Source: a virus. Taken from it: a stretch of 64,000 bases of DNA. The notes beneath the pieces are model-generated. The model saw only the letters and a program-made list of their open reading frames with translations. It had not been told where the DNA came from and searched no databases. The stretch is from positions 1 to 64,000 of IMG/VR virus record IMGVR_UViG_3300045988_063800; one strand, written 5' to 3'. The position numbers were made by a program, and so were the translations under genes. Positions 18,089 to 26,171 of this stretch are shown piece by piece (position 1 is the first letter of the stretch; every line of letters starts with the position of its first letter).

Positions 18089-19375
18089 TTATTCAACCTC
18101 CTCAAATTTGCCGTCTATCAATTTGTAATAGGTGTCTGCCTTAATGCGCTTCCCATCTACCTGTTCTGTTTTTACGCAAATCAGTTTCCATACATCTCTT
18201 ATCCTTTTCCATTCGGCAAGAGTTATCCAACTTCCAATAGCAGCCTTTGCTTTAGAGTTGTATCCTGCGCACATTATGACAGAATCTTTACCGCTACTGC
18301 CAATCTTAGCGTAGTTGCCAGATGAGCCAATCTTAGCGTAGTTGCCAGATGAACCAATCTTAGCGGAGTCGCCCGATGAACCAATCTTAGCGTAGTCGCC
18401 AGATGAACCAATCTGAGCGGAGTCGCCCGATGAACCAATCTTAGCGGAGTCGCCCGATGAACCAATCTTAGCGGAGTCGCCCGATGAACCAATCTGAGCG
18501 TAGTCGCCAGATGAACCAATCTGAGCGTAGTCGCCCGATGAACCAATCTTAGCGGAGTCGCCAGATGAACCAATCTGAGCGTAGTCGCCCGATGAACCAA
18601 TCTTAGCGGAGTCGCCCGATGAACCAATCTTAGCGTAGTCGCCCGATGAACCAATCTTAGCGTAGTTGCCCGATGAACCAATCTGAGCGGAGTCGCCCGA
18701 TGAACCAATCTTAGCGTAGTTGCCAGATGAACCAATCTTAGCGGAGTCGCCCGATGAACCAATCTTAGCGTAGTCGCCAGATGAACCAATCTGAGCGGAG
18801 TCGCCCGATGAACCAATCTTAGCGGAGTCGCCCGATGAGCCAATCTTAGCGGAGTCGCCCGATGAGCCAATCTGAGCATAGTCGCCCGATGAGCCAATCT
18901 GAGCGGAGTCGCCCGATGAGCCAATCTGAGCATAGTCGCCTGACGAGCCAATCTGAGCGGAGTTTCTTTTATTGTCACCGTCAGTTTTAATCTTGGATGG
19001 CGCAGTGATTTCCTTTAGCCATTCGATACCTAAATTGATAATGTCAGCAAGTTTTAGCTCTGCCTTAATCTTGATGCGTGACGAACACACTTTTGTCGAA
19101 TTGTTTTCTCTGTCAATTTCATCGGACTGTTCCACTTCGGCAAAACGAGAGGCGAACATATCGTAATGGTCGAACACCTCCATTGGCGACTCGCAAGCGT
19201 GAAAGCCACGCTCACAACACTTAATGTCGCCATTCATTTCATATGTTTTGCCGACTTCGTACTGAAATCCTCGACACTTAAAATCTTTGTCAAAGCCTTT
19301 GTAGGCGATAATTTTGTTTTCGTTTGCCATAATGTTTGCGTTTTCGTTTGCCACTTCAATTATTGCTTTTATCAT
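18089..19375 (-). CDS. tandem-nonapeptide-repeat protein (Cys/His-containing N-domain, ~25 x IGSSGD[SY]A[QK], C-domain)
   Basis: 428-aa track ORF. N-domain: KGFDKDFKCRGFQYEVGKTYEMNGDIKCCERGFHACESP. The central part is perfectly periodic 9-aa repeats. Confidence 0.7.
   Translation of the reverse strand: MIKAIIEVANENANIMANENKIIAYKGFDKDFKCRGFQYEVGKTYEMNGDIKCCERGFHACESPMEVFDHYDMFASRFAEVEQSDEIDRENNSTKVCSSRIKIKAELKLADIINLGIEWLKEITAPSKIKTDGDNKRNSAQIGSSGDYAQIGSSGDSAQIGSSGDYAQIGSSGDSAKIGSSGDSAKIGSSGDSAQIGSSGDYAKIGSSGDSAKIGSSGNYAKIGSSGDSAQIGSSGNYAKIGSSGDYAKIGSSGDSAKIGSSGDYAQIGSSGDSAKIGSSGDYAQIGSSGDYAQIGSSGDSAKIGSSGDSAKIGSSGDSAQIGSSGDYAKIGSSGDSAKIGSSGNYAKIGSSGNYAKIGSSGKDSVIMCAGYNSKAKAAIGSWITLAEWKRIRDVWKLICVKTEQVDGKRIKADTYYKLIDGKFEEVE
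18288..18960. repeat. 27-bp tandem repeat array, ~25 copies
   Basis: ccaatct[tg]agcg[gt]ag[tc][ct]gcc[ac]gatga[ag] is repeated head-to-tail. The variants encode DS/DY/NY and Q/K. Confidence 0.95.
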
Positions 19376-19466
19376 ACTTCTTCAAAGCTCTTTGGTATGC
19401 CCTACGTTCTGCTCGCGTCATGCCGTCCTTTTTGATTTCGTAGGCTTCTTTATCCATTATTTCCAT
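19356..19466 (-). CDS. small hypothetical protein (36 aa)
   Basis: Hand-translated as MEIMDKEAYEIKKDGMTRAERRAYQRALKKYDKSNN. It overlaps the start of 18089-19375. Confidence 0.3.
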   Translation of the reverse strand: MEIMDKEAYEIKKDGMTRAERRAYQRALKKYDKSNN

Positions 19467-19469
19467 AGG

Positions 19470-19598
19470 TTAAAGCTTATTGTGTTCGTTGTATTTCGCA
19501 GAGTTTCCGTGAAGAAACCCTATTGTGTAGCCCAACGAACCCACCACAAAGGCGACGTAGGCTACGAGTAATATCGTTCCTGTTGTTGTCATTGTCAT
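19470..19598 (-). CDS. small single-TM protein (42 aa)
   Basis: Hand-translated as MTMTTTGTILLVAYVAFVVGSLGYTIGFLHGNSAKYNEHNKL. It is preferred over the overlapping track ORF 19477-19659. Confidence 0.35.
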   Translation of the reverse strand: MTMTTTGTILLVAYVAFVVGSLGYTIGFLHGNSAKYNEHNKL

Positions 19599-19667
19599 TT
19601 TGTTTTATTGCACCATAAGTCGATTTCGATGTATGCTCCTGCCCATATCGCTTCCTCAACTGTTGCG

Positions 19668-20564
19668 TCAGGATGCTCGCTTAGCCATTTCTGTATTTCG
19701 TCTTTCAGTGCCATTTGTTGATGTTTTAGGAGTCCATTCTATACCGAGCCTTGCAAGTGTGCCGTCCTCGTAGGCGCGGTATGCCATCCTTGCCTGGATG
19801 CAGTTCGGGTTTCTGTCCGCAGCCTTGGTAGCCGCAAGGAGGTTGTTACGTTGCTGTTCAGCGCGTGTGTACTCTATTTCCTCTCTGTGTCGTTCTGCTT
19901 CCAGACGTTCGCTTGTCAAATCGGGTTCAGTAATCGTAACCGTCACAGCTTGCGGTTTCGGCTCATTTGAAGTAGCAGCACCACTCTCTACGAGCCGTGA
20001 GAAGTTCTCGGGTTTCAGCAGCCAGTTGAAATCAGCAACCCATTTTGACGGGTTTTTGCCATTGAGGTAAGGGTCTGCGAGAGCCTTGTCAAGTACCTTC
20101 TGTAATGCCTTGTTGTCATTGTTATATTCCGCAAGTCGTTCCTCGATCAACTTCTTGCGGTAAGGTGTAATGTTGAGCACCTTTGCCATTGAGGACTTCG
20201 TTTCATCCACACGGCGGTTCCAGTAGGCGACGAGCTTTTCGTAGTCTACCGTTGCGGTCTTTTCCTGCGATACAGGACTTGCCACACCTTTGGGCGTGCT
20301 TTTGCTTTTATTACGCTTCGCCCAACGCTTGCGTGCATTCTCCTTGTTGCGCTCGCAGCGTCTTTTGTATGAGTCGCGTTCCGCGTCCACGTCCGCCTTC
20401 AGAAAGGCGAACGCAACGCGAACGGCTTGGTCGGCATCCTCGGACAACATTGTGCCGTCGGAAGCGTAAGCGAATACGGCCCTCATAAGCTCGCCGAGTT
20501 GCATATCGGTCAGCTCCTTAAAGGCTTCCATATTTGACAAATCGAGGGAAATTCTGTTTTTCAT
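19668..20564 (-). CDS. putative replication-initiation / replisome-organizer-like protein (DUF6291-like N-domain)
   Basis: Start at ATG 20564 (MKNRISLDL...). ELTDMQLGELMRAVFAYASDG...YKRRCERNKENARKRW resembles phage replisome-organizer N-domains. It lies upstream of the SSB/RecT module. Confidence 0.45.
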   Translation of the reverse strand: MKNRISLDLSNMEAFKELTDMQLGELMRAVFAYASDGTMLSEDADQAVRVAFAFLKADVDAERDSYKRRCERNKENARKRWAKRNKSKSTPKGVASPVSQEKTATVDYEKLVAYWNRRVDETKSSMAKVLNITPYRKKLIEERLAEYNNDNKALQKVLDKALADPYLNGKNPSKWVADFNWLLKPENFSRLVESGAATSNEPKPQAVTVTITEPDLTSERLEAERHREEIEYTRAEQQRNNLLAATKAADRNPNCIQARMAYRAYEDGTLARLGIEWTPKTSTNGTERRNTEMAKRAS

Positions 20565-20708
20565 AACAATGACTTTTATAAAATGTACCGTAAAGCCCAC
20601 AAGTCTTTAGCTTGTGGGTAGTTCACTTGGTTTGTAGGGCAGGAGGTGCCCTACCCTACTATGATAGCATTTAGGTTGGCTTGCGCCCACAGAACGTATT
20701 TGCGAACG

Positions 20709-21110
20709 TTAAAAGGGCAGTTGGTCAGTTCCTGCTGACGGTGCGGGCTGTGCTCCTGATGCAGGCTGCTGCGGAAACAGGGCACCAGGCTGCGGTGTCG
20801 GAGGTGGTGCCTGGTGTGCGGTCGGCTGCTGTGCCGAAGCATGGTTAACGACGTTCCATGCTCTGATTTGGTTGTACCAACGTCTGTTGTATTCGTGAGC
20901 GTCGATGTCGATTGACACCGTAACCATATCTCCCACTTTGAGATTGTACTGTTCGACACGATCTGCGCCGAACACATCAAAGGCGATATTCTTCGGTGTC
21001 TGCTCGTTGGTCTGCAACACATAGGTGTTGACCTGCCACGGCTTGCCGGTTGACTGCGACGTGCCGCTCTTGGGAGGCAGGGCCGCTATGATTTTTCCTA
21101 CTACGTCCAT
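20709..21110 (-). CDS. DUF3127 OB-fold protein, SSB-like
   Basis: MDVVGKIIAALPPKSGTS..GKPWQVNTYVLQT...IAFDVFG...GDMVTVSIDIDAHEYNRRWYNQIRAWNV matches the DUF3127 pattern. A Gln/Pro-rich linker ends in the SSB-like tip DQLPF. Confidence 0.75.
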   Translation of the reverse strand: MDVVGKIIAALPPKSGTSQSTGKPWQVNTYVLQTNEQTPKNIAFDVFGADRVEQYNLKVGDMVTVSIDIDAHEYNRRWYNQIRAWNVVNHASAQQPTAHQAPPPTPQPGALFPQQPASGAQPAPSAGTDQLPF

Positions 21111-21118
21111 GATAATTT

Positions 21119-21808
21119 TTAGGATTTAGACTTGTTAATGATTTCTTCCACGAAAGCGTTTGCGAGCTTCACGCGCTCTTCAAGTAGCGCGATGTCCTCG
21201 TCGTTGCGTGTAATATTTACGATGTGCATAGGGTTCAGGAGCCACGGCGAATAGGAAACAAAGTCCGTTTCCGTCGCACCGGTGCAAGCCATCTCCGCCA
21301 TTGTCTGCCAATAGTATTCGGGCTTGACTTCTTTCAGTGATGCGCCGTCGTGTATCTTATCCACATACATCATGTGTGTTGCGATGTTCGGGCACTTGAT
21401 TTCCAGGCACTTCAAGTCTGCGCCTCTTACGATGCCGTCGGGCGAGGCTGCGAAGTGCGGTATGGTATCGTGCTTGCAGGATGCAACCTCGAACACCTCG
21501 ACATCGTTGTTGAGCTTGATGTAGGTCTCCCGAGCGTACTGTTCCTGCTCAATACCGAACTGCATAGCCTTGGAGGTGAAGTTCGTCTGATGGAGATAAT
21601 CATCAAACACATCGTCGTCGTTGAGGAAGTCGGGGTTGAACATGCGCTCGGCAGCTATACGATACATATAGCTCTTTGCCGTTTCGGACCACACCTCGTC
21701 TTTCCTGCGACCCGACTTCATAAGATTGTGAACTTCGGAACCTGTGAAATTGGAGAAGCGACTGCGGTACCAGGCGATACTTCTTTGTTCTACATTATCG
21801 GTAATCAT
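21119..21808 (-). CDS. YqaJ-type (lambda-Exo-like) recombination exonuclease
   Basis: RSIAWYRSRFSNFTGSEVHNLM, ASPDGIV and CLEIKCP are PD-(D/E)xK YqaJ motifs. The gene overlaps the recT stop. Confidence 0.85.
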   Translation of the reverse strand: MITDNVEQRSIAWYRSRFSNFTGSEVHNLMKSGRRKDEVWSETAKSYMYRIAAERMFNPDFLNDDDVFDDYLHQTNFTSKAMQFGIEQEQYARETYIKLNNDVEVFEVASCKHDTIPHFAASPDGIVRGADLKCLEIKCPNIATHMMYVDKIHDGASLKEVKPEYYWQTMAEMACTGATETDFVSYSPWLLNPMHIVNITRNDEDIALLEERVKLANAFVEEIINKSKS

Positions 21809-22638
21809 GCCTTAGCCTCCTTCTTTGCAGCGTTGGCCACTGCGGTTTCGGCTGCTTTGGCTGCGATGTTTTCCTTCTTCTCGCTTTCGAGGTTGTCAAT
21901 GTACTCGGGCGCAAATGCGTCGATGTCGAGGTCTTGGATGTCTGACGAGTTTACGTTTACCACGGCTTGATCGAAAGTGACAGCGTTCTGCATCTCGATT
22001 GACTTCGGAGCGTACTTCAAGATAGACTTGAGAACAGTCTTTTGCGCCATAGCATCGAAGTCGGACTTCCACGGAGATGTATATCCCGAGCGATATGCCT
22101 GCGAGAACTTGGTGGCGTGTGCCTTTACTCTATCCACGTCCCAGTACGCAACCTTTGTAAATCCGTTCAGAAGCTCGAACTTTGCCATGTAGCCGACGAT
22201 TTTGTCAGACTTTCGTTGATTCTTGTCGAACACATAATCCTCGTCAAACTCGTCGCCCGAAATATATTCACCTTCGTGTACCGGCGCAGCAAGGATTTTC
22301 TTAAATTGTCCGCTACGCTGACAGAGCTGAAGTAAGCCGAGGTAGCCAACCTGAAACTGCGCCTTACTGCCGTAAGGAATGATATAACACTGACCCAATG
22401 TAGGGATAACCTGGAGCTGCATGGTTGCAGCCACCATTGCTGCGCCTATAATACTCATTGGTTCTGCCTTGCGAAGCTGAGGGTTTCCGTTAGCTACGCT
22501 GATAACCGAACTCATAAAGCTGTTTGCCATCTGCGGACTGCTCCAAACCTCATTCAGCTTGCCCACGACCGCAGGAGAGTGCATCAATTCACCGAGGGTG
22601 GCGTTTTTCTGTTGTACCGTTACTTGTGTATTATCCAT
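21805..22638 (-). CDS. recT: RecT single-strand annealing protein
   Basis: SIIGAAMVAATMQLQVIPTLGQCYIIPYGSKAQFQVGYLGLLQLCQRSGQF is typical of RecT. Confidence 0.9.
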   Translation of the reverse strand: MDNTQVTVQQKNATLGELMHSPAVVGKLNEVWSSPQMANSFMSSVISVANGNPQLRKAEPMSIIGAAMVAATMQLQVIPTLGQCYIIPYGSKAQFQVGYLGLLQLCQRSGQFKKILAAPVHEGEYISGDEFDEDYVFDKNQRKSDKIVGYMAKFELLNGFTKVAYWDVDRVKAHATKFSQAYRSGYTSPWKSDFDAMAQKTVLKSILKYAPKSIEMQNAVTFDQAVVNVNSSDIQDLDIDAFAPEYIDNLESEKKENIAAKAAETAVANAAKKEAKA

Positions 22639-22660
22639 TTTTATGCCTTTTTAGTTGTTA

Positions 22661-23101
22661 CTACTTCTCGAACACATCGAGTATCTTTGTTTCTACGAGG
22701 CGCTTGATTTCGTAGTCAATCTGCGTATTGAGAAACGCATCTACGACATATCTGCGTGCCGTTTCGATGTTTTCCGCCTGAACAAGGTAGTTGACGTTGT
22801 TCTTCTTTTCCTTGCCGGTGCGCTCGTCAAGCGTAATCAGAGCGACGGTTGCACGGAAGAACTTGTCATCGTCTTCATCTTCAGAGAAGAACACCTCGGT
22901 GTACGGAGCGATTGCGATTTTCTTCACGTCGAACTCGCCCGAGCAATACGGTTCCATCTCCTCTGTAATTCTCTGCTCCGCTTCCGCAAAGCTCAAAGCA
23001 TCTACTACATACACTTCGCTTACCTTCTTCTGTCCACCATCTTCTGCCTGACGGCCGTAGCGCACTGTGGTTTCAAACCAATTTGCTGTTCTTGTTCTCA
23101 T
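22661..23101 (-). CDS. DUF4494 domain protein
   Basis: NWFETTVRYGRQAEDGGQKKVSEVYVVDALSFAEAEQRITEEM matches the Bacteroidota DUF4494 pattern (from memory). Confidence 0.6.
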   Translation of the reverse strand: MRTRTANWFETTVRYGRQAEDGGQKKVSEVYVVDALSFAEAEQRITEEMEPYCSGEFDVKKIAIAPYTEVFFSEDEDDDKFFRATVALITLDERTGKEKKNNVNYLVQAENIETARRYVVDAFLNTQIDYEIKRLVETKILDVFEK

Positions 23102-23125
23102 TGCCTTATGTTTTTAGAAAATTAG

Positions 23126-23374
23126 TTACTGATACTTGAAGAAGATAAACCCGAACGCATTTTCATGTATTCGGTTGATACCGAGGTTTCTGTCGATGGC
23201 AAGGCAGTATTTCACCAGGTCACACGCTTTCGTGTGCGGCATCTTGATAAACGTCTTGTGTTTCTCTCGGAGTTCCTTAATCTTCTGTATGTGCAGCTCT
23301 GCTCGTGTACGAGACTCTGCACTTGCGCCCGACTCTCGTTCTCGGATGCGCTCATATACCTCGCTTATGTTCAT
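23126..23374 (-). CDS. hypothetical protein
   Basis: 82-aa track ORF. Confidence 0.5.
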   Translation of the reverse strand: MNISEVYERIRERESGASAESRTRAELHIQKIKELREKHKTFIKMPHTKACDLVKYCLAIDRNLGINRIHENAFGFIFFKYQ

Positions 23375-23862
23375 TCCTTATGTTTTTATTCATGCTGCCA
23401 TTCCCACTGACCGCAGCAATAGTTTGACTTCGGGTCTCGCTTCGGGTCTTTGCACATCTCGGGTCAGTTGCCCCAGATGCAATCATGGCATCCCTTTGGT
23501 TTTCCCATGAGTTGCACCTCCTTGCTTTTCGTTGTTGTCGTCACAGTCAACGAGGTACTCGACCGCAGCCTGGGTGACTGCTGCGAATACGACGAGCAAA
23601 AGAACTATGATGACCGATGAAAATATAATTCCCATAATATTCAGTCGTTTTTAAAAATAGAGGGATTGCAGGGATTTCAACCCTGCTCGGTGTGTTTTGC
23701 TCCCAGAGGCTCGGTACATGACAGGCTTGAATTGTTACAAACATAGATGAAAAGAACCCGTCACTCCTTGCTTGCAGCGTTCATGGCTTACAGGTGCCCA
23801 TGACACAATCCCGACTTGTTATAGAACAAGTTTAATCAAAAATCAAAAAAGTTTTCAAAACG

Positions 23863-23899
23863 GCAGGATTCGCACCTGCAAGCCGTCCTTGTCGGCTTG
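23863..23899 (-). terminator. tandem-hairpin rho-independent terminator after 23925-24431
   Basis: On the minus strand: CAAGCCG-ACAAGGA-CGGCTTG, then GCAGG-TGCGAAT-CCTGC, then CCGTTTTGAAAACTTTTTTGATTTTTG. Confidence 0.5.
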
Positions 23900-23924
23900 G
23901 TTTTAATGGTTAATATACGAAGAA

Positions 23925-24431
23925 CTAATTTTGCACTTGCTCAAACGTCAGTCCGCAGGATTTTGTGTAGTAGTCTTCCTTGCCGGAACGTTTCGTCTGT
24001 TCGTCGTAATAGAGCGTGAACCTACCTCCTACCTCAATGTCGCGGAAGTAGTTGCGCATATTCACCAGGTACCATATCGCCTTGTACGCCTTGGTGGGTC
24101 GCGTCGCAATGCGCAATTTTGTCTTCTGAGGCATCCCCGACATTACACGGAACCGCTCCATCATCCATGTGCGCTTTTTCGTTTCCATGCTCTTTCGTTT
24201 GGCCTCGGGATTTGTCTTGATTGTGTTTGCAATACAACCCCGTGCCTTTTTGAGTATTCGGGCTTTCGTCTCGTCCGTCTGCTGTAGGTTCAGTTTTTTA
24301 ACCCAATACCAGACGCTGCCGCTGCAAACGCCGTGTCTTGCGGCTATCTCCCCGGCAGAAGAATACGGGTATTCCCGAATTGTTATTTCTTTTAGCCTTC
24401 CTTTTTGGCTGTAGATGTTCGTTTGCTTCAC
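23925..24431 (-). CDS. HTH DNA-binding protein (first gene of the leftward block)
   Basis: 168 aa. YSSAGEIAARHGVCSGSVWYWVKKLNL is a clear HTH. The gene has its own terminator. Confidence 0.55.
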   Translation of the reverse strand: MKQTNIYSQKGRLKEITIREYPYSSAGEIAARHGVCSGSVWYWVKKLNLQQTDETKARILKKARGCIANTIKTNPEAKRKSMETKKRTWMMERFRVMSGMPQKTKLRIATRPTKAYKAIWYLVNMRNYFRDIEVGGRFTLYYDEQTKRSGKEDYYTKSCGLTFEQVQN

Positions 24432-24560
24432 GTTAGTTTCTTTTTAGTTAAAAAATAATGTGTGCTATCCTCACGAACGGCACACACAACTACTCTTTGA
24501 ATGATTGAAATTATCAGTTACATATTCACTAACCAATATTAAAAAAGAATTAGAAAGCAG

Positions 24561-24618
24561 GAGGAGGGGCTGGACTCGAACCAGCAAGTAAATGCAATAC
24601 CATTCTGCACACCCTCCT
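24561..24618 (-). other. 58-nt tRNA-like element lacking the anticodon arm
   Basis: On the minus strand: AGGAGGG-TG-TGCA-GAATGGTAT-TGCA-TTTACTT-GCTGG-TTCGAGT-CCAGC-CCCTCCT-C. The acceptor stem, D-arm and canonical T-arm are present. Only 7 nt stand where the anticodon arm and variable loop should be. Confidence 0.4.
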
Positions 24619-25529
24619 CTTTTATATAATATGACAAACACTAAATAAAGTCTCTGTCTATTGTTTTCCGCACCTTTATAGACTTTTTGCGGTGCGTCGT
24701 CTTGTGCAATTCGATTGCGCAGCCTACTGCGTTCCTTTTCGCTTTGCCTGTGCCGGCAATTCAGAGTCCGGCATGGTTCATTCTATCCGCTTTCACGGCT
24801 TTCGCTACGTCGGGAGACGTTTTAGCAGGTCTTTCGTTACTCAGCATCCTCGGGCGGCGGTCTTGGATTGTCAGTCTCGCGCCGTCCTATATGCCTTTCT
24901 TCTGTGTGTCAACAAATCAAAGAACGTCTTTACTTTGTGGTCGGAAGCGGAGCGACCCGCAAGAACTTTCCGAGGCTCGGGCATTAGAAACTTATTCAGC
25001 AAATGGCATCATCCAGAATATTTAAAGCTTAAAAACAGACAACTGCGCCCTATCCATAGTTCTCAGCACTTCCTATCGTGCGTTCCGACCTTGTTAAACC
25101 CGCTTGTCTTCGCAGATTTGCGGGGGAATTTCATCAAATAATAACTTAAATCAACTACAAACTGTTTTCCACCAAAAACAATAACAACAAATACAAGTCG
25201 CGGAGGCGGTTACGACACCTGCATCTTGTGGGGCTAACTGCTTATTTAACTTATGACTGACTAATTATGAGCGATTCTATCTATTAACCCTATGAAAAAA
25301 TTTGACCCACACGTGCGACACTTGCACCACTCCGCGTTTTTAAAACCCTGCGACTACCTCGCGACAACCGCAGGTTTCGTTTCACGCTTGAAACATGTTT
25401 GTCTAACAATTTAAATTATAACCTTATGAGTAAAAAAACTTCTAAGTGTAGAAAACCGTCTCGCGACGAAGCGATTAAAATATCGCCGAAACAAAAGTTT
25501 TTAAAACCATTATGAATGTACTATTAACT

Positions 25530-25727
25530 CTAACATACTCTATTGTTCTCGATGAGCTTATCAATGTCGCGCTTGCGGTAGAACACCGTTGTGCCGACCT
25601 TGAAGAACGAGATACGTCCGCTTGAACGGAGGTTCTTGAAGAAGTCCATGCCCACGCCGAGGTACGCTTGCGCCTCCTTGTTCGAGAGCCATATTTTCTC
25701 AATCTGTGTTACTGTCGCCTGTTTCAT
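25530..25727 (-). CDS. excisionase-type HTH_17-like DNA-binding protein
   Basis: WLSNKEAQAYLGVGMDFFKNLRSSGRISFFKVGTTVFYRKRDIDKLI. Confidence 0.65.
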   Translation of the reverse strand: MKQATVTQIEKIWLSNKEAQAYLGVGMDFFKNLRSSGRISFFKVGTTVFYRKRDIDKLIENNRVC

Positions 25728-25777
25728 AATCTTTCTTGCTTTAAGTTTGGTTTATGTTGTGACGGCAGTACCGTCCG

Positions 25778-25951
25778 TTACCAGCGTTTCACGTATCCGA
25801 GTTCGTGTGCTCGTTTGCGAATAAGGTTCTGAACGTCAGAATCAAGTTCCCACTGAAGGGCACGTCTAACGGTTGCTACCCCTACTCCGCAGTCTTCCGC
25901 CAACTTAATTTGACATCCGTAGCGAAGTTTTATATTCTTTCTCTTTGCCAT
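25778..25951 (-). CDS. small HTH regulator (Cro-like position, 57 aa)
   Basis: Hand-translated as MAKRKNIKLRYGCQIKLAEDCGVGVATVRRALQWELDSDVQNLIRKRAHELGYVKRW. It is divergent from the repressor. Confidence 0.5.
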   Translation of the reverse strand: MAKRKNIKLRYGCQIKLAEDCGVGVATVRRALQWELDSDVQNLIRKRAHELGYVKRW

Positions 25952-26171
25952 TTCGACTATAATTGCTATATTTGCATATTAAACATCATTTGAGCGTTTT
26001 GCGAGCTGATTGGGTTTGTTTCGCTTGCGCTCTGTCAACGATTGCAAAGGTAGTAAATAATTATCAAATGATATAGTTTTGATAAATAAAAGTTTCCATA
26101 TTTAAACTTCTTTTACACTTTCCATTTGTTGATTAACAAAAGAACATTAGTTTTTAACACTTGATATAATT
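25952..26171. promoter_or_regulatory. divergent promoter/operator region of the lysogeny switch
   Basis: 220-bp AT-rich gap between divergent HTH genes. TAGTTTTG at 26074-26081 fits the Bacteroides -7 box TAnnTTTG for the + strand. Confidence 0.45.

Noticed and set aside
18288-18960. CRISPR-like array (regular short repeats)
   Set aside because: The 27-bp units are contiguous with no spacers, they lie in one long ORF, and they keep the reading frame. This is a coding tandem repeat.
18274-18978. A 234-aa ORF (ATMLRLAHRATPLRL...) on the same strand as 18089-19375
   Set aside because: It is an alternative-frame read-through of the same 27-bp repeat array. It has no flanking non-repeat domains, whereas the 428-aa frame has proper N- and C-terminal domains.
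23863-23879. A T-arm-like GCAGG-ATTCGCA-CCTGC that suggests a minus-strand tRNA
   Set aside because: - The loop is TGCGAAT rather than TTCGAAT.
- The adjacent 7-bp hairpin has no U33-type anticodon loop.
- There is no acceptor pairing.
- A T-run follows, so it fits a tandem-hairpin terminator better.
24561-24618. A genuine tRNA gene or a tmRNA
   Set aside because: - Only 58 nt are present, with no anticodon stem-loop, so it cannot decode.
- In tmRNA the acceptor 5' strand and the T-arm are separated by the mRNA-like and pseudoknot domain, but here they are contiguous.
- It is therefore reported only as a tRNA-like element.
24687-25141. Two overlapping + strand ORFs (112 and 149 aa) in the untranslated region
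   Set aside because: - They overlap each other in different frames.
- Their composition is Cys/Arg/Ser-rich.
- They have no plausible start context.
- The region is GC-rich and hairpin-rich, so it is treated as non-coding.
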